This document shows positions 1-9,240 of a stretch of 32,000 nucleotides of DNA, piece by piece. This stretch comes from Paracoccus suum. GTDB taxonomy: Bacteria; Pseudomonadota; Alphaproteobacteria; Rhodobacterales; Rhodobacteraceae. Below the pieces are notes generated by a model that worked only from the letters and a program-made list of their open reading frames with translations, was not told the DNA's origin and made no database searches. Both the position numbers and the translations under genes were made by a program. The stretch lies in contig NZ_CP030918.1 of the NCBI RefSeq assembly GCF_003324675.1, forward strand, positions 420,001-452,000, in the 5' to 3' direction. Numbering within the stretch: the stretch's first letter is position 1; each line of letters starts with the position of its first letter.

Positions 1-1229
1 TAGTCATCGGTGCCGGGGTGGTCGGCCTGTCGGCCGCGTTGGCGCTGACGGCGCGCGGCCGGCAGGTCACGGTGCTGGATCGCGCGGGCCCCGCGGCCGG
101 CGCCTCGGCGGGGAATGCCGGCGCCTTTGCCTTTACCGATATCCTGCCCTTGGCCTCGCCCGGCATCTTTCGCAAGGCGCCGGCCTGGCTGCTCGATCCA
201 CTCGGCCCGCTCAGCGTGCCGCCGCGCTATGCGCTGCGCGTCGCGCCATGGATGATCCGCTTTGCCCGCGCGTGCGCCCCCAGCCGGGTCGCCGCCTCGA
301 CCACCGCGCAGACCGCACTGATGGACCTGTCCCGGGCCGAGTTGGAGGGGTTTCTGGCCGCCACCGGCACCAGCGCCATGCTGCGCCGCGACGGCAACCT
401 GCAGGTCTATGAATCCAAGGCAGAGTTTCAGGCGAGCCTGCCGGGCTGGGATGCGCGCGCCGCGCATGGCATCGCGTTCCAGCACCTCGACCCCGCCGGC
501 ATGGCCGCGATCCAGCCCGGCCTGGCACCCCGGTTCCTGCGCGGAACCTTCACCCCCGGCTGGTTCTCCATAGCCGATCCACGGCTTTACACGCTCGCCC
601 TCGCTGACCGCCTCATCGCCATGGGCGGCAGGATCGAACAGGCAGAGGTCACCGCCCTCCGCCCTCTCGATAGCGGCGTCCGCGTGGCGACCTCCGCCGG
701 CATCCGCCGCGCTGCGAACGTCGTCCTCGCCGCCGGCGCCCATTCGCACCGCATCGCCCGCACCTTGGGCGAGCGCATCCCGCTTGAGACCGAGCGCGGC
801 TACAACACCACCCTGCCCCCCGGCGCCTTCGACCTGCGCACCCAGGTCACCTTTGGCGGTCACGGGTTTGTCGTCACGCGCCTGTCGACCGGCATCCGCG
901 TCGGCGGCGCGGTCGAGCTTGGTGGACTGACCGCCCCGCCGAACTTTCGCCGCGCGCGGGCGATGCTGGACAAGGCACGCGCGTTCCTGCCGGGCCTTGA
1001 TCCATCGGGCGGCACGGAATGGATGGGCTTTCGCCCCTCGCTGCCGGATAGCCTGCCCGCCATCGGCCCAGCGCGCGCTACATCGCGCGTGGTGTTCGCC
1101 TTCGGCCACGGGCATCTTGGCCTGACGCAATCGCCCGGCACGGCGCGGCTGGTCGCCGACCTGGTGACCGGACGGCCAGCCGCGCTGGATCTGTCCCCCT
1201 TCTCGCCCCAAAGATTTTCGAGGTTCTGA
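1..1229 (+). CDS. FAD-dependent oxidoreductase of the D-amino-acid dehydrogenase (DadA/DAO) family; probable D-hydroxyproline dehydrogenase. The 5' end lies off-window.
   Basis: The frame is open from base 3 (VIGAGVVGLSAALAL, a GxGxxG FAD fold already under way at the window edge). Stop is TGA at 1227-1229. The ORF-track entry 18..1229 is the in-window part. The stop overlaps the next ATG (TGATG). The function is inferred from its position next to a hydroxyproline epimerase. Confidence 0.8.
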   Translation, partial: VIGAGVVGLSAALALTARGRQVTVLDRAGPAAGASAGNAGAFAFTDILPLASPGIFRKAPAWLLDPLGPLSVPPRYALRVAPWMIRFARACAPSRVAASTTAQTALMDLSRAELEGFLAATGTSAMLRRDGNLQVYESKAEFQASLPGWDARAAHGIAFQHLDPAGMAAIQPGLAPRFLRGTFTPGWFSIADPRLYTLALADRLIAMGGRIEQAEVTALRPLDSGVRVATSAGIRRAANVVLAAGAHSHRIARTLGERIPLETERGYNTTLPPGAFDLRTQVTFGGHGFVVTRLSTGIRVGGAVELGGLTAPPNFRRARAMLDKARAFLPGLDPSGGTEWMGFRPSLPDSLPAIGPARATSRVVFAFGHGHLGLTQSPGTARLVADLVTGRPAALDLSPFSPQRFSRF

Positions 1230-2245
1230 TGGCCGTTCACATGTTTTCCTGCCTCGACGGGCACACCTGCGGCAACCCGGTCCGGCTGGTCTCGGGCGGC
1301 GGCCCACGCCTCAATGGTGCCACCATGCTGGAGCGCCGGGCCGACTTCCTCGCCAACCACGACTGGGTCCGCACCGGCCTGATGTTCGAGCCGCGGGGCC
1401 ATGACATGATGTCCGGCTCGATCCTTTATCCGCCGACGCGCGAGGATTGCGACGTGGGCGTGCTGTTCATCGAGACCTCGGGCTGCCTGCCGATGTGCGG
1501 CCACGGGTTGATCGGCACCATTACCATGGGCATCGAGAACGGCCTCATCACCCCGCGCGCACCGGGTCGCCTCGCGGTCGACGCCCCCGCCGGCCGGGTC
1601 GAGGTCGCCTACGTCGAGGAGGGTCGTTTCATCGAGGAAGTGCGGCTGACCAACGTCGCCAGCTATCTCCATGCCGAGGGTCTGACCGCCGAGGTCGAGG
1701 GCCTGGGCGAGATCGCGGTCGACGTCGCCTATGGCGGAAACTTCTACGCCATCGTCGAGCCGCAGGCCAATTTCCGCGACATGGCCGACCACAGCGCGGG
1801 CCAGTTGATCGAATGGGCCCGCCGCCTGAGGGCGGCGCTGAACGCGAAATACGAGTTCGTGCATCCCGACCATCCGGCAATCCGCGGCCTGTCGCATATC
1901 CAGTGGACCGGCGCACCGACGCAGGCCGGCGCCCATGCGCGGAACGCAGTGTTCTATGGCGACAAGGCCATCGACCGCTCGCCCTGCGGAACCGGCACCT
2001 CGGCCCGCATGGCGCAGCTCGCGGCCAAGGGGCGCCTCGCGGTCGGCGATGATTTCGTCCACGAATCGATCATCGGCAGCCTGTTCAAGGGCCGCGTCGA
2101 GGCTGCCGCGACGGTGGGTAGCGGCGAAAATGCCAGCCAGCCGGCGATCATCCCCTCGATCGCCGGATGGGCGCGCCAGACCGGGATCAACACGATCTTC
2201 ATCGACGACCGCGACCCGTTCGCGCATGGCTTTGTCGTGACGTGA
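1229..2245 (+). CDS. Proline racemase superfamily enzyme with a Cys/Cys catalytic pair; most likely 4-hydroxyproline 2-epimerase.
   Basis: 338 aa. Family motifs are present: [13 protein letters not shown] (first catalytic Cys) and [14 protein letters not shown] (second catalytic Cys). The ATG at 1229 overlaps the upstream stop by 1 nt. The stop at 2243-2245 overlaps the next start (GTGA). Confidence 0.85.
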   Translation: MAVHMFSCLDGHTCGNPVRLVSGGGPRLNGATMLERRADFLANHDWVRTGLMFEPRGHDMMSGSILYPPTREDCDVGVLFIETSGCLPMCGHGLIGTITMGIENGLITPRAPGRLAVDAPAGRVEVAYVEEGRFIEEVRLTNVASYLHAEGLTAEVEGLGEIAVDVAYGGNFYAIVEPQANFRDMADHSAGQLIEWARRLRAALNAKYEFVHPDHPAIRGLSHIQWTGAPTQAGAHARNAVFYGDKAIDRSPCGTGTSARMAQLAAKGRLAVGDDFVHESIIGSLFKGRVEAAATVGSGENASQPAIIPSIAGWARQTGINTIFIDDRDPFAHGFVVT

Positions 2246-3918
2246 CGGGCCTCGCGATCCTTCCCGGCACGGCCAGCGGCCCGGTGCTGGAACTGACCGA
2301 ACGCCTCAGCCTCTGGGGCGGGGTCGACCCGCTCAGCGGGCGGATCATCGATGCACATCACCCGCAGGCGGGGCAGGATCTCGCCGGGCGGGTGGTGCTG
2401 ATGCCGACCTCGCGCGGGTCGTGCAGCGGCAGCGGCGTGTTGCTGAACCTGGCGCTGTCCGGCACCGCGCCCGCCGCCCTGGTGTTTCGCGAGGCGGAGG
2501 ACATCCTGACTTTGGGCGCCCGGGTCGCCGACATCATGCTCGGACGCCCCCTGCCCGTCGCGCGTCTCGCTCCGAGTGCCTATGCATCGCTTGCGGCGGT
2601 GCCGGCGGCCGCGATCACGCCGGACGCCATCATCGCGCCCGGCTTGCACATCCCCCTGAGGCCCCAGACCGCCGAACTCGCGCTGAGCGACGACGACCGG
2701 GCGATGCGCGACGGGCGTGACGGACCGGCCGTGCAAATCGCCATGCGCCTGTTGATCGCATCGGCTGCGCAGCAGGGGGCGGCGGAGCTGACAGATGTCT
2801 CGCGCGTGCATATCGACGGCTGCATCTACGCCAGCCCCGCCAACCTGCGCTTTGCCGAGACAATGGCCGCAATGCGCGCGCGGGTGCGCGTGCCGACGAC
2901 GACCAACGCGATCTCGGTCGATCATGACGGATGGCCAGCGCAGGGCGTGCCCTCGTCCTTTGGTGAGCCGGCGCAGGCGCTGGCCGATGCTTACGTGGCC
3001 ATGGGCGCCAGCCCCAGCTTTACCTGCGCACCCTACCAGAACGACCCGCCAGCCTTTGGCGAAGTGATCGGCTGGGCGGAATCGAACGCGGTGATCTATG
3101 CCAACAGCGTGCTGGGCGCGCGGACGCTGAAGCATCCCGACTTTCTCGACCTGTGCATCGCCCTGACCGGCCGCGCGCCGCTGGCCGGCGTTTACCAGAC
3201 CGAGGCGCGGCGACCGGCCGTCATTCTGGACGTGACCCCGCCGCCGCAGGCAGATGATGCCTTCTGGCCGCTGCTTGGCCATCTCGCCGGCAGCCTAGCG
3301 CCCGACGCCATCCCCCTGATCCGCGGCTGCGCGGCGATGCCGGTCTCGCCCGACGACTTGCGCGCACTCTGCGCCGCCTTCGGCACCACCTCGGCCGCGC
3401 CGATGCTGCATCTGGAGGGGCACACGCCCGAAGCGACCCTGCCGCCTGTTCCCGGCGCGCGGACCATCGCCGTCGGCCTGCCGATAATGGCGGCCGATTT
3501 CGCGGCGCTGAACGACGCGCCGGACCGGGTCGATCTGGTGGCGATCGGCAGCCCTCATGCCTCGGCCGCGGAGTGCCGGGCGCTGCTGGCGGCGCTGGAG
3601 GCCGACCCGCGCCCGCTGGCGCCGCGCCTGTCGCTGATCGTGACGCTGGGGCGCGAGACGCTTGAACAACTCGGCGGCAGCGGCATTGCCGCGCGGCTGG
3701 CGGCGCGCGGCGTCCGGGTCGTGCCAGACCTCTGCTGGTGTTCGATCAGCGAGCCGGTGTTCCCGCCTTCGGCCCGCGTGGTGATGACCAATTCGGGCAA
3801 ATATGCCCATTACGGCCCCGGCCTGACCGGCCGCCGCTTCCGCTTTGGCGGCCTTGCCGCCTGCGTCGAGGCGGCGCTGGGCGGCGTCGCGCCCCCGCCC
3901 CCCGCCTGGCTTTCCTGA
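2242..3918 (+). CDS. Aconitase X (AcnX), single-polypeptide form with a swivel (DUF126-like) N-terminal domain and a catalytic (DUF521-like) C-terminal domain; probable cis-3-hydroxy-L-proline dehydratase.
   Basis: The N-terminal ~135 aa read [37 protein letters not shown]...[15 protein letters not shown], typical of the AcnX small subunit. The rest ([11 protein letters not shown]..., [43 protein letters not shown]) is typical of the large subunit. I place the start at in-frame GTG 2242, which overlaps the upstream TGA by 4 nt. The ORF-track start at 2167 would overlap the epimerase by 79 nt. Confidence 0.8.
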   Translation: MTGLAILPGTASGPVLELTERLSLWGGVDPLSGRIIDAHHPQAGQDLAGRVVLMPTSRGSCSGSGVLLNLALSGTAPAALVFREAEDILTLGARVADIMLGRPLPVARLAPSAYASLAAVPAAAITPDAIIAPGLHIPLRPQTAELALSDDDRAMRDGRDGPAVQIAMRLLIASAAQQGAAELTDVSRVHIDGCIYASPANLRFAETMAAMRARVRVPTTTNAISVDHDGWPAQGVPSSFGEPAQALADAYVAMGASPSFTCAPYQNDPPAFGEVIGWAESNAVIYANSVLGARTLKHPDFLDLCIALTGRAPLAGVYQTEARRPAVILDVTPPPQADDAFWPLLGHLAGSLAPDAIPLIRGCAAMPVSPDDLRALCAAFGTTSAAPMLHLEGHTPEATLPPVPGARTIAVGLPIMAADFAALNDAPDRVDLVAIGSPHASAAECRALLAALEADPRPLAPRLSLIVTLGRETLEQLGGSGIAARLAARGVRVVPDLCWCSISEPVFPPSARVVMTNSGKYAHYGPGLTGRRFRFGGLAACVEAALGGVAPPPPAWLS

Positions 3919-3925
3919 GGGTTTC

Positions 3926-4954
3926 ATGCGCAGCACCAAGATCGTCCACGTCATTTCCGCCCATGCCGAGGGCGAGGTCGGCGACGTCATCGTCGGAGGC
4001 GTCACCCCGCCCCCCGGCGCAACCCTGTGGGAGCAATCGCGCTGGATCGCCCGCGACGGCACCCTGCGCGCCTTTGTCCTGAACGAGCCGCGCGGCGGCG
4101 TCTTTCGCCACGTCAACCTGCTGGTTCCGCCCAAGGACCCGCGCGCCGACGCCGCCTTTATCATCATGGAGCCGGAGGACACGCCGCCCATGTCCGGCTC
4201 GAACAGCATTTGCGTCGCGACCGTCCTCCTGGACGCCGGTATCCTGCCGATGACCGAGCCGGCGACGCACCTGACCCTCGAGGCGCCGGGCGGGCTGGTC
4301 GAGGTGCGTGCCGAATGCAGCGGTGGCAAGGCGCAGCGCATCTTTGTGCAAAACCTACCCAGCTTTGCCGGCCGTCTCGATGCCGCGTTGGAGGTCGAAG
4401 GCCTCGGCAGCCTGACGGTCGACACCGCCTATGGCGGCGACAGTTTTGTCGTGGTCGATGCCGCGCGGATGGGCCTCGGCCTGACCGAGGATGAGGCGCA
4501 TGACATTGCTCGCCTCGGCGTGCGCATCAGCGACGCCGCGACCGAGCAACTCGGCTTTATCCATCCGGAAAACCCCGACTTGCGCCACATCTCGTTCTGC
4601 CTCTTTGCGGGTCCGTTGCAGCGGACCGAGGCCGGATTGCGCGCCCGCGCCGCGGTTGCGATCCGGCCCGGCAAGGTGGACCGCTCGCCCACCGGCACGG
4701 CGCTGTCCGCGCGCATGGCCCTGCTGCATGCGCGCGGACACATGGCGGTCGGCGACAGCCTCGAGGCGGTATCGGTGATCGGCTCGACCTTTCGCGGCCG
4801 GATCCTTGGCGAGACCGCGGTTGGCAGCTTGCCGGCGATCCGGCCCGAAATCTCGGGCCGCGGCTGGATCACCGGGATGCACCAGCACATGCTGGACCCG
4901 GATGATCCCTGGCCTGGGGGCTACCGCCTAAGCGATACCTGGGGCGCGCGGTAG
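3926..4954 (+). CDS. Proline racemase superfamily paralogue with Ser/Thr at the two catalytic positions; candidate trans-3-hydroxy-L-proline dehydratase or related non-epimerase.
   Basis: ATG 3926 ([21 protein letters not shown]...) is preceded by GAGGG, 7 nt after the AcnX stop. The family fold is colinear with the 1229..2245 paralogue, but PMSGSNS replaces PMCGHG and [14 protein letters not shown] replaces [14 protein letters not shown]. Confidence 0.8.
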   Translation: MRSTKIVHVISAHAEGEVGDVIVGGVTPPPGATLWEQSRWIARDGTLRAFVLNEPRGGVFRHVNLLVPPKDPRADAAFIIMEPEDTPPMSGSNSICVATVLLDAGILPMTEPATHLTLEAPGGLVEVRAECSGGKAQRIFVQNLPSFAGRLDAALEVEGLGSLTVDTAYGGDSFVVVDAARMGLGLTEDEAHDIARLGVRISDAATEQLGFIHPENPDLRHISFCLFAGPLQRTEAGLRARAAVAIRPGKVDRSPTGTALSARMALLHARGHMAVGDSLEAVSVIGSTFRGRILGETAVGSLPAIRPEISGRGWITGMHQHMLDPDDPWPGGYRLSDTWGAR

Positions 4955-4978
4955 CGCCCCGGTCCGGCCCGCCACCCT

Positions 4979-6613
4979 CTACGCCACGTTGGGCAGTGCG
5001 TCGGCGCGGTGATCCTCGATCACCATCTGCGCCAGCTTGGCGCCGATCATCATTGCCGGGGCATTGGTATTGCCGGAGACGATCTCGGGCATGATGGAGC
5101 AGTCAGCCACGCGCAGCCCGTGGACGCCGTTGACGCGCAGGCGCGGATCAACGACCGCGCCCTCGTCCGGGCCCATCCGACAGGTGCCGGTCGGGTGGTA
5201 GATGGTGGTCGAGTTCTGGCGCGCCCAGGCCAGCACCTCGTCATAGCCCTGCACGTCCTCGGTCGGGCGAAAGGCCTCGCTGATGGCCGAGGCGAGCGGC
5301 TCGGTCCGGGCGATCTGGCGCGCGATCTCGATCCCCGCGACCAACGTGTCGCGGTCGGTCTGGGTGGCCAGGTAGTTCGGCTGGATCAGCGGCGCCTCAG
5401 CCGGATCGGCGGATGCCAGCGTGATCGTGCCCCGGCTTTCGGGCCGCAATTGGCAAACAGACTGCGTAAAGGCCGAGAAGGGATGCACTCCCTCGCCCGG
5501 GCTGTCCGCCGACCACGGCTGGATGTGAAACTGGATGTCGGGCGTCGCCAGATCCGGCCGCGTCTTGAGAAAGCCGAACACGAGGCTGGCCGCCATGGTC
5601 ATGGGGCCGGTGCGGAACAAGGCGTATTCCAGCCCGATCCGGGCCTTGTTCACCAGGCTGCGCACCTCGTCATTCAGCGTCGCCTCGCGGCACTTGAACA
5701 CAAGCCGCGCCTGCAGGTGGTCCTGCAGGTTGCGCCCGACCTCGGGCGAATGGTGCTGGACAGTGATGCCATGGCCGGCAAGGGCGGCCGCGTCGCCCAC
5801 ACCCGACAGCATCAGGATCTGAGGCGAGCCAATCGCGCCGGCCGACAGGATCACTTCGCGCCGCGCGGTCAGGATCTGGGTGACGCCATCCGGGCGCCGG
5901 ATCTCGACCCCCGTGGCGCGGCCGTTAGTGATGACTACGCGCAGTACCTGCGCATTTGTGACTACCGACAGGTTGGCCCGGTCACGAACGGGCTTCAGGA
6001 ATGCCACCGCAGCTGAGCAGCGCCGGCCCCGGTTCACCGTCAGCTGGAAATGGCCGACACCTTCCTGCACGGGGCCGTTGTAATCGGGGTTGTAGCTATA
6101 ACCATTCGCCTCGGCCGCCGTGATCCAACGCTCGCAGATCTCGCGGCGCAGGGCTGGGTCGGAGACCTGCAATTCGCCCTGCTGGCCACGGCCCTCCGCG
6201 GTGTCGGGCCGCTGGAAGGTCTCCAGCCCCTCGAAGATCGGCCCGACTTCGGACCAGGACCAGCCGCGATTGCCCATCTGGGCCCAGTGGTCGTAATCCT
6301 CGCGCTGGCCACGGACATACAGCAGCCCGTTCAGCGAGGATGACCCACCCAGCACCTTGCCGCGCGGCCAGTGCAAGCTTCGCCCGCCAAGGCCCGCATC
6401 CGGCTGGGTCTCGTAGCACCAGTCGAAGGCAGGATTGTGCATGGTCCGGAAATAGCCGACCGGAACGTGAATCCAGGGGCTGCTGTCGCGGTTGCCCGCC
6501 TCCAGCAGGGTGACCCGCGCGCCCGGATCGGCGCTGAGGCGATTGGCGATGACGCAACCGGCCGAGCCTGCGCCGACGACGATATAATCGGAAATCTCGG
6601 GTGCCTGGGTCAT
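4979..6613 (-). CDS. GMC-family FAD oxidoreductase (choline dehydrogenase-like).
   Basis: 544 aa. The N-terminus reads DYIVVGAGSAGCVIANRLS...LLEAG. The C-terminus carries HPTGTCRMG and the ...NTNAPAMMIGAK GMC signature. Confidence 0.9.
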   Translation of the reverse strand: MTQAPEISDYIVVGAGSAGCVIANRLSADPGARVTLLEAGNRDSSPWIHVPVGYFRTMHNPAFDWCYETQPDAGLGGRSLHWPRGKVLGGSSSLNGLLYVRGQREDYDHWAQMGNRGWSWSEVGPIFEGLETFQRPDTAEGRGQQGELQVSDPALRREICERWITAAEANGYSYNPDYNGPVQEGVGHFQLTVNRGRRCSAAVAFLKPVRDRANLSVVTNAQVLRVVITNGRATGVEIRRPDGVTQILTARREVILSAGAIGSPQILMLSGVGDAAALAGHGITVQHHSPEVGRNLQDHLQARLVFKCREATLNDEVRSLVNKARIGLEYALFRTGPMTMAASLVFGFLKTRPDLATPDIQFHIQPWSADSPGEGVHPFSAFTQSVCQLRPESRGTITLASADPAEAPLIQPNYLATQTDRDTLVAGIEIARQIARTEPLASAISEAFRPTEDVQGYDEVLAWARQNSTTIYHPTGTCRMGPDEGAVVDPRLRVNGVHGLRVADCSIMPEIVSGNTNAPAMMIGAKLAQMVIEDHRADALPNVA

Positions 6614-6671
6614 GTCGCCGCCATTTCGTCCGAAGGATTGTTGGGCGCCCGCAGCAGCGGAGCGCCGGAGG

Positions 6672-8006
6672 TCAGGCCACGAACGCCGTGCGCTGACCGC
6701 GTCTTGCGATCAGGATCGCACAGATCATCGACACCACGCCGGCAAACACCACATAGGCGCATAGCCAGAACGGGTCGTTGTTGTTCTTGGCCAGCAGCCA
6801 GGTCGCGATCATCGGCGTGATCCCCGAGGCGAAGATGCCCGAGAACTGGTAGACGAACGACACGCCCGTGTAACGCACGCTGGGATCGAACAGGTCGGCG
6901 AACAACGCCGCCTCAGGGCCATAGCAGATCGGGTAGACGATCCCGAACGGCAGCACGATCCCCAGTACCACCAGCAACGGGTTGCCGGTCGAGAGCAGCG
7001 CAAACGCAGGGAATACGCTCAGGCACAGCAGGGCCGAGCCGACGGCGTAGGTCTGCGGCCGGCCAAAGCGGTCCGAAACGCGGCCAAAGAAGGGGATCAG
7101 GAAGATCATCACCACCGCGGCCGTGCACACGGTCCACAGCGCAAAGGTCCTCTCCATCCCGACATACTTGGTCAGGTAGACGATCGAGAACACGGCAAAG
7201 ACGTTGAAGAAGACGCCGTCGATATAGCGCGCGCCCATGCCCAGCGCGACGTTGCCCGGGTAGCGGCGCATCATGGTGGCAAACGGCAGGCCCTGATCGC
7301 GGCCGCGCGATTCCTCCTTGGCGGCCAGGAACTCGGGGCTTTCGTCGATGTTGCTGCGGATCCAGGTGCCCAATGCGACCAGCAGGATCGAGGCGATGAA
7401 CGCTGCGCGCCAGCCCCAGGCCATGAACGATGCCTCGGGCAGCATGGTCAGCAGCGCCATCACGCCGGAGGCCATGAACAACCCCAGCGACAGGCCGATC
7501 TGCGGGATCGAGGCGTAAAAGCCGCGCTTGCCTTCGGGCGCGTATTCATAGGCCATCAGCACCGCGCCACCCCATTCGCCACCGATGCCGATGCCCTGAA
7601 GCACGCGCATGAGCAGCAGCAGCAGGGGCGCGGCGATGCCAGTCTGCGAATAGGTCGGCAGCAGGCCGATCACCACGGTCGCCCCGCCCATCATCAGCAG
7701 GGTGATGACCAGCATCGTCTTGCGGCCCAGCCGGTCGCCGAAATGGCCAAAGATCAGACCGCCCAGCGGCCGCGCGACAAAGCCCACCGCGAAGGTGGCA
7801 TAGGCCAGCATGATCGAGATGGTCGGGTCGTGGACGGGGAAATACAGCTGGTTGAAGACGATCCCGGCAACCACGCCATAGAGGAAGAAATCGTACCATT
7901 CGATGGTCGAGCCAACGAGGCTGGCGAAGACCACCTTTCTGACGTCCTGCTCGCGCGTTCGCACGGCGGCCGCCGGCACGCGGCCCAGACCGGACATATC
8001 CGACAT
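6672..8006 (-). CDS. MFS transporter of the metabolite:H+ symporter (MHS; ProP/KgtP-like) family.
   Basis: 12-TM-like hydrophobic profile, with EWYDFFLYG and GHFGDRLGRK motifs. I place the start at ATG 8006 (MSDMSG...) because GGGAGGG lies 5 nt upstream. The ORF-track start at 8084 has no ribosome-binding site. The GMC gene follows 58 nt downstream on the same strand. Confidence 0.85.
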   Translation of the reverse strand: MSDMSGLGRVPAAAVRTREQDVRKVVFASLVGSTIEWYDFFLYGVVAGIVFNQLYFPVHDPTISIMLAYATFAVGFVARPLGGLIFGHFGDRLGRKTMLVITLLMMGGATVVIGLLPTYSQTGIAAPLLLLLMRVLQGIGIGGEWGGAVLMAYEYAPEGKRGFYASIPQIGLSLGLFMASGVMALLTMLPEASFMAWGWRAAFIASILLVALGTWIRSNIDESPEFLAAKEESRGRDQGLPFATMMRRYPGNVALGMGARYIDGVFFNVFAVFSIVYLTKYVGMERTFALWTVCTAAVVMIFLIPFFGRVSDRFGRPQTYAVGSALLCLSVFPAFALLSTGNPLLVVLGIVLPFGIVYPICYGPEAALFADLFDPSVRYTGVSFVYQFSGIFASGITPMIATWLLAKNNNDPFWLCAYVVFAGVVSMICAILIARRGQRTAFVA

Positions 8007-8084
8007 CTCATCCCTCCCACAGGTTTTGACCTTGTTGTCCCGACTCCCCATCGGGTCGGCAAACGGATGCGCCGATCGGGCCAT

Positions 8085-8111
8085 GTTTTACGCGACGTCA
8101 CATCGTGTCAA
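8085..8111 (-). promoter_or_regulatory. Candidate sigma70-type promoter for the MFS-GMC operon.
   Basis: The minus strand reads TTGACA (8111-8106), then 15 nt, then TAAAAC (8090-8085). This sits in the only AT-rich patch of the intergenic region. The spacer is short, so this is weak evidence. Confidence 0.3.
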
Positions 8112-8118
8112 CGGTTTT

Positions 8119-8135
8119 TGAGAATCTTGGTCTCA
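8119..8135. promoter_or_regulatory. Candidate IclR-type operator, an inverted repeat TGAGA-N7-TCTCA.
   Basis: TGAGAATCTTGGTCTCA lies between the divergent MFS and IclR genes in an AT-rich stretch. The arms are only 5 bp. Confidence 0.3.
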
Positions 8136-8153
8136 TTAATCGCCGCGCGAAAG

Positions 8154-8181
8154 TTGCCTTGGCGTAAGCTCCGGCTAAGGT
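8154..8181 (+). promoter_or_regulatory. Candidate promoter for the IclR regulator gene.
   Basis: TTGCCT (8154-8159), then 16 nt, then TAAGGT (8176-8181), about 30 nt upstream of ATG 8211. Confidence 0.25.
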
Positions 8182-8210
8182 AGCAGGGAGCCGCCCTGGA
8201 ATGAGAATTG

Positions 8211-8993
8211 ATGGAGCCGCAGATCGACACCCGCCCCACCGCGCCCGCGGCCACGAGCCAGACCAGCCTGCGAAACCTTCAGATCATCGAGGTCGTCGCG
8301 TCCGCCGCGCGCGCACTGACCGCGGCCGAGATCAACGCCTCGCTGGGCCTGCCAAAGCCGACCATCCACCGCCTCGTCGTCTCGCTGGAGACCGAAGGGT
8401 TTCTGGCCCGCGACCTTGAAGGAAGGGGGTTTCTGCCTGGCCCGCGGCTGCGCGAGATGATGCTGGGGGTCATGCGCTCGCGCCTGAGCCTGCTGCCGCG
8501 TCACGCGGTGCTGGTCGGACTGGCCGAGAAGGTCGGCGAGACCTGCAACCTCGCCATCCCGGACGGTGATGCGATGGTCTACATCGACCGGGTCGAGACG
8601 CAGTGGCCGCTGCGCATCGACCTCGGCATCGGCTCGCGCGTGCCGCTGCATGCCACCGCCTCGGGCAAGATGGCCCTGTCGCAGCTGAGCGACGCGGCGC
8701 TGGAAAGCTACCTCGCGCGGGTGCGGATGCGCAGCTACACCGCGCGCACCATCACCACCGCCGCCGCCCTGCGCGCCGAGATCGCCCGCGTCCGGCAAGC
8801 GGGATACGCGACCGACAGCGCGGAACTGGTCGAGGGCATGATCGCCGTCGCCGTCCCGATCCGCGACCGCAAGGGGCGCTTTTGCGCCACGCTGTCATTC
8901 CACGCGCCTTCGCAGCGATTAAGCCTGCAGGACGGGCTGCGTCACCTTGACGTCCTGCAGACCGCCGCGCTTGACCTGTCGGGGGTGGTCTGA
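8211..8993 (+). CDS. IclR-family transcriptional regulator.
   Basis: An N-terminal winged HTH (LRNLQIIEVVASAARALTAAEINASLGLPKPTIHRLVVSLE) is followed by an IclR effector domain (...HATASGKMALSQL..., ...DSAELVEGMIAVAVPI...). ATG 8211 is preferred over TTG 8208. Confidence 0.85.
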   Translation: MEPQIDTRPTAPAATSQTSLRNLQIIEVVASAARALTAAEINASLGLPKPTIHRLVVSLETEGFLARDLEGRGFLPGPRLREMMLGVMRSRLSLLPRHAVLVGLAEKVGETCNLAIPDGDAMVYIDRVETQWPLRIDLGIGSRVPLHATASGKMALSQLSDAALESYLARVRMRSYTARTITTAAALRAEIARVRQAGYATDSAELVEGMIAVAVPIRDRKGRFCATLSFHAPSQRLSLQDGLRHLDVLQTAALDLSGVV

Positions 8994-9240
8994 GGGCACG
9001 CGCCGGCTCGGCGAGGGCGCCCGGCAGCGAGTCCCTGTCAGCGATCTGGCGCCCGACAAACTGCATATCGGCGCTGGGCGCCGAAATCGTCGCGGCTAGC
9101 CTCAACCTGAGGTGGTACTGTCGAATGGCGCGGTACGTCGCGACGGTATTCGGTTTCACGGTTGTTGCGGCAGGCCGCTTCGTTGCATGTACGCCCCTAA
9201 CCCCCTATCCCGCCCCTTTGCCCTGCCGCCGAGGTTTGCC

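Noticed and set aside
860-4425. Long minus-strand ORFs (860..2227, 1954..3282, 3295..4425) antisense to the hydroxyproline operon.
   Set aside because: Their translations are Arg/Gly/Pro/Ala-rich with no recognisable motifs. The plus-strand frames carry clear enzyme family signatures. Long open antisense frames are expected in GC-rich DNA.
9114-9149. GGTAC/GGTAT repeats and the 10-bp palindrome CGTCGCGACG (9136-9145) upstream of the RND operon, considered as a regulator site.
   Set aside because: The repeat spacing is irregular (18 and 13 bp). A 10-bp GC palindrome is not remarkable at this GC content, and there is no similarity to the 15780-15798 repeat.
9112-9240. The upstream extension of the adaptor ORF (start 9112).
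   Set aside because: ATG 9241 yields a proper signal peptide with an upstream GAGG. The extension has no such features.
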